Source: Perna viridis
Lineage: Eukaryota
Direction of reading: 5' to 3'
NCBI GenBank assembly: GCA_037379345.1
Contig: CM074514.1
Span: 21,018,001 to 21,082,000 of the forward strand
Length of the DNA: 64,000 bases
The notes under the pieces are model-generated. The model was not told the DNA's origin, ran no database searches, and saw only the letters and a list, made by a program, of their open reading frames with translations. How positions within the stretch are numbered: position 1 is the first letter of the stretch; each line of letters begins with the position of its first letter. Below, in pieces: positions 60,792 to 64,000 of the stretch. Made by a program: the position numbers and the translations under genes.

Positions 60792-63700
60792 CTTTGAACA
60801 ACTTTTGAACAACTTTATTCAGAAAAACACTCAGCCGTAGTTCATGCTACGGAACAGGAGCGAATATATATATACAGTTTACAATGGAAACGAAATGAGT
60901 AGACAACAGACAATATTTTTAAATACACAAAAACAAAATACACTAATTCATTGTCACACAAATGTATTGAAATTCAAAAGTACATTTAGCCTTATCATCA
61001 CCGGAAATTATATCACGTGGTTTGTATTTTACAACACGTTTATAAAAGAAAGTCAGACTCTCATATAGGTTTAACGGATTAATGTGACAATATGTGTACT
61101 AGTATACAATTTAAAAAAATATATGTATATATGGGATTACTGTGTGCCTACAAAAGTTTTGCAACTTTTGCGATGAAGATAGAAAGGTTAGTCAATACAT
61201 TTGTGTTACAATACATTATCATTCCATACAATTTATTAACATTCGGATTGGCTGTATAGTAACCTGGAATATACTTATTTCTAAGTTCGGTTACAAGATC
61301 ATGATTGCACAAAGCAACATAATGAAACTCATCCCCCAGACCTGTTCGACATAAAGTGCAGACCCGTTCATGTTGTGGTGTTCCGTACCATCTTCCTGTT
61401 TCCATAGGAAATTTTATATTGCATGTTCGAAGTTTACATATAACTGTTCTGTGATATTTTTTGAGTCTCAGTAAGTATGGCTCGAGACGAAACTCAATTT
61501 TAAACTTCGAATAAAAATTTCCTCTGGACGAAGCATCAATATCAGAATACCATTTCTGTATGAACTGGTCTTGTAAGATCTGTTTCACAAGAAGTTTAAG
61601 AAAATTGATATTAACATTCCCTTGTATATTCCAAATTTCACTACATCCAATATCATCAAAAACTGATTTTATGTAACATATCCATTTGAAAGATCGATCA
61701 CCGTTTTCATACATATTGAACATAAGATTATACAATTTACCAGATAATTTATCTGTGTTATTTACAAGTTTAAACCAGAAACATATCATTTTAAGCTTGA
61801 TGCTGATTTCAATAGGGTATCGTCCTAACTCTCCATACACCATAAAATTTGGAGTAGATGAACGCAGATTTAGGATTTTCTTGCAAAATTGAAGTTGAAT
61901 TTTTTCTATATTTGACTTATTTTCAAAGCCCCATATTTCTGAAGAATAGGTTAAAATAGGGGCTACTAATGAGTCAAATAATTTCAATTGCAAATCTATG
62001 GGAATACTTATGTTATTTACCTTGTAATAAAGAGCATAAAGAGCTTTTTGTGCCTGCTCTACGAGTTTGTTTCTGGACTTATAAAAATTACCATTATAAT
62101 TGAATATAAGACCCAGATATGTATACGAATCACATATTTCTATATTCTGCTCAAAAATATTAAAATGTACCCTTCTAGTAGATTTCCGCTTAGAAAAAAT
62201 TATAATTTTTGTTTTTGAAACGTTCACAGTCAGCTTCCAAGTTGCACAATATTGTTCAAATACATCTAAAGCAGTTTGTAATTCCTCAGGTGTATCCGCA
62301 AAAATTACAGTGTCATCTGCATATAGAAGCATAAACAATTTAATATAAAATCCTATATTTTCTAAACTTTTTGTATCTAGATATTGTAAACTTGAAATAG
62401 AGTTTTCGGTAAAAAACTCTTCCAGATCGTTTAGATACAAGGCAAACAGAAAAGGAGAGAGTTTTTCCCCTTGACGGACCCCTATTTCACATGGGAAATA
62501 TTCTGTTTTGAGTTCTCCCATTTTAACACATGATTTAATATTAGTGTACATGTTCAAAATAACATTAAACACTTTCCCACTAATATTATTTTTTAATAAT
62601 TTTTGAAATAATCCAACTCTCCAAACTGTGTCAAAAGCTTTCCTGAAATCAATGAAAGCACAGTACAATTTTTTACCTGATGAAAGATATAGAGAAATGA
62701 GGGAGTGAAGAATAAATATATTGTCCTGTGCACTATAACCTTTCCTGAAACCACCTTGAGAGTCAGATATAAGTCGAAATTCATCAGACATCTTATTGAG
62801 TCTAGTGTTTATCACAGAGGTAAACACTTTACCCAAGTTGGATGTAAGACAAATTGCTCTATAATTATCTAAATCATCCCGATCACCTTTGTTTTTGTAT
62901 ATGGGTTTAATAATTCCAGACAACCAAGTATCAGGTATCAAGCCCGTATCTAAAACAATATTGAACAATTTTACATATATTGGCAACATATTGGCAATAG
63001 AACTTTTTATAAATTCATTGACAATTTCATCGTCACCTGACGCTTTACCATTTTTTAAAGATTTAATTGCCAACTTGATTTCATCTTCAGTAATAGGACA
63101 ATCCAAAATGGCAATCACATCTTCATCAACATTAAAACTATCAGCATCAGGATCAAACTCCGTATCATCGTCATTTTTATTTAACGATTTAAAGTATTCG
63201 TACAACTGCTCAATAGTGATTTTATTATGAGCATTTGTTCCTCCTTTTCTTACTCGATTCAAAATTTTCCAAAGTTTTTTTGAATCTTTCTTGGAGGTTA
63301 GACGTAAATCTTGTTCGAATCTGTGCTGATAATTTTTGTAACTCGTATTCATTTGCGATTTGTACTGTTTACTCGCATTTTTAAGAGCCTCCCAGTTTTC
63401 TCTATTCTTAATAAAACTATACCGATTCCGTGCCTTATGAAATTTTGCACGTGATTCGGCACACTTTTTATCGAACCAAACTTTACGATTTTCTTTTTCG
63501 GTACTACGGCGCTTTGGTTTGCCAAATGAAGACAATGCCGATTTTTTAAACAAAGCAGCAATTTGACGGACAACTTCGTTTAAACTATCAACGGACACTT
63601 CACCTTGACCCTGTGACCGAATTTCTTCCAATTTTGTTTGTAACTCAGTTAGACATGTGACGTCATTATTAATCGATTCAATAAACCGGTTCTCCTTATA

Positions 63701-64000
63701 ACTCACCCATCTAGGGACATGCGTAGGTGAGTTATAAGGTGGAGGCGTGGGATTTATAGTAACTGTGCTCACTGAAGCATTGAGACAAAACGTAATACAA
63801 TTATGTACGTCAGAAAATAACGGATCAAAGTCATTCACATTAAAAAAACTAAACAATTCAAAACAATGCGAAGACAATAATACATAGTCAATTAATGAAA
63901 CATTTTTACAAGTTTTAATACCGACTTGGTAGTCATTTCCTGGTAATCTACCATTACCTATATACAAATTATTTCTTTTACAAAACTCAATCAATTTATA
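60792..64000 (-). mobile_element. Young LINE retrotransposon (RTE-X/CR1-group-like), continuing past the window end
   Basis: Uninterrupted ORF2, then a 3' UTR with hairpin CCGTAG-N6-CTACGG (60835-60852) and tail AATAAAG-TTGTTCAAAAG-TTGTTCAAAG. Confidence 0.9.
61148..63994 (-). CDS. LINE ORF2: APE endonuclease C-terminus, reverse transcriptase, C-terminal Cys/His motif (5'-incomplete)
   Basis: 948 aa without a stop: SLIDY and SDVH (EN); FIDFRKAFDTVWR, GVRQGEKLSP and LYADD (RT); ETGRW..ERVCTLC..GDEFHYVALC. Confidence 0.95.
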   Translation of the reverse strand: MIEFCKRNNLYIGNGRLPGNDYQVGIKTCKNVSLIDYVLLSSHCFELFSFFNVNDFDPLFSDVHNCITFCLNASVSTVTINPTPPPYNSPTHVPRWVSYKENRFIESINNDVTCLTELQTKLEEIRSQGQGEVSVDSLNEVVRQIAALFKKSALSSFGKPKRRSTEKENRKVWFDKKCAESRAKFHKARNRYSFIKNRENWEALKNASKQYKSQMNTSYKNYQHRFEQDLRLTSKKDSKKLWKILNRVRKGGTNAHNKITIEQLYEYFKSLNKNDDDTEFDPDADSFNVDEDVIAILDCPITEDEIKLAIKSLKNGKASGDDEIVNEFIKSSIANMLPIYVKLFNIVLDTGLIPDTWLSGIIKPIYKNKGDRDDLDNYRAICLTSNLGKVFTSVINTRLNKMSDEFRLISDSQGGFRKGYSAQDNIFILHSLISLYLSSGKKLYCAFIDFRKAFDTVWRVGLFQKLLKNNISGKVFNVILNMYTNIKSCVKMGELKTEYFPCEIGVRQGEKLSPFLFALYLNDLEEFFTENSISSLQYLDTKSLENIGFYIKLFMLLYADDTVIFADTPEELQTALDVFEQYCATWKLTVNVSKTKIIIFSKRKSTRRVHFNIFEQNIEICDSYTYLGLIFNYNGNFYKSRNKLVEQAQKALYALYYKVNNISIPIDLQLKLFDSLVAPILTYSSEIWGFENKSNIEKIQLQFCKKILNLRSSTPNFMVYGELGRYPIEISIKLKMICFWFKLVNNTDKLSGKLYNLMFNMYENGDRSFKWICYIKSVFDDIGCSEIWNIQGNVNINFLKLLVKQILQDQFIQKWYSDIDASSRGNFYSKFKIEFRLEPYLLRLKKYHRTVICKLRTCNIKFPMETGRWYGTPQHERVCTLCRTGLGDEFHYVALCNHDLVTELRNKYIPGYYTANPNVNKLYGMIMYCNTNVLTNLSIFIAKVAKLL

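Overview
AT-rich eukaryotic DNA, not prokaryotic. The intron-exon structure and repeat families (Naiad-type Penelope-like elements, Nin/Deu-like SINEs, Helentron-type HINEs, Ngaro-like elements) point to an invertebrate, most likely a bivalve mollusc. I could reconstruct five spliced genes by hand with GT-AG introns and consistent phases. (1) A 461-aa polyamine/spermine-oxidase-like flavoprotein on the - strand whose conserved active-site Lys is replaced by Gly. (2) A 13-exon, 471-aa FYVE + armadillo-repeat protein on the + strand. (3-5) A cluster of three small unannotated genes (G1 45641-46422 +, G2 55291-56471 -, G3 56724-58707 +) that appear to share one unrecognised ~90-aa domain. G1 and G2 are 134-aa paralogues (~39% identical, gapless) ending in a long 11-mer-periodic amphipathic helix. 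G3 ends instead in a His-rich tail plus a CaaX box and lies head-to-head with G2, with only 252 bp between start codons. This cluster is the best candidate for an undescribed system, possibly a membrane-acting or immune module. The rest is a dense, nested transposon landscape: an intact LINE ORF2, decayed LINEs, about ten Naiad-like fragments, four SINEs, two Ngaro/DIRS relics, MITEs, a Polinton/adintovirus capsid relic, a hammerhead-ribozyme-like motif and several minisatellites. Family assignments rest on recalled motifs; no searches were run.
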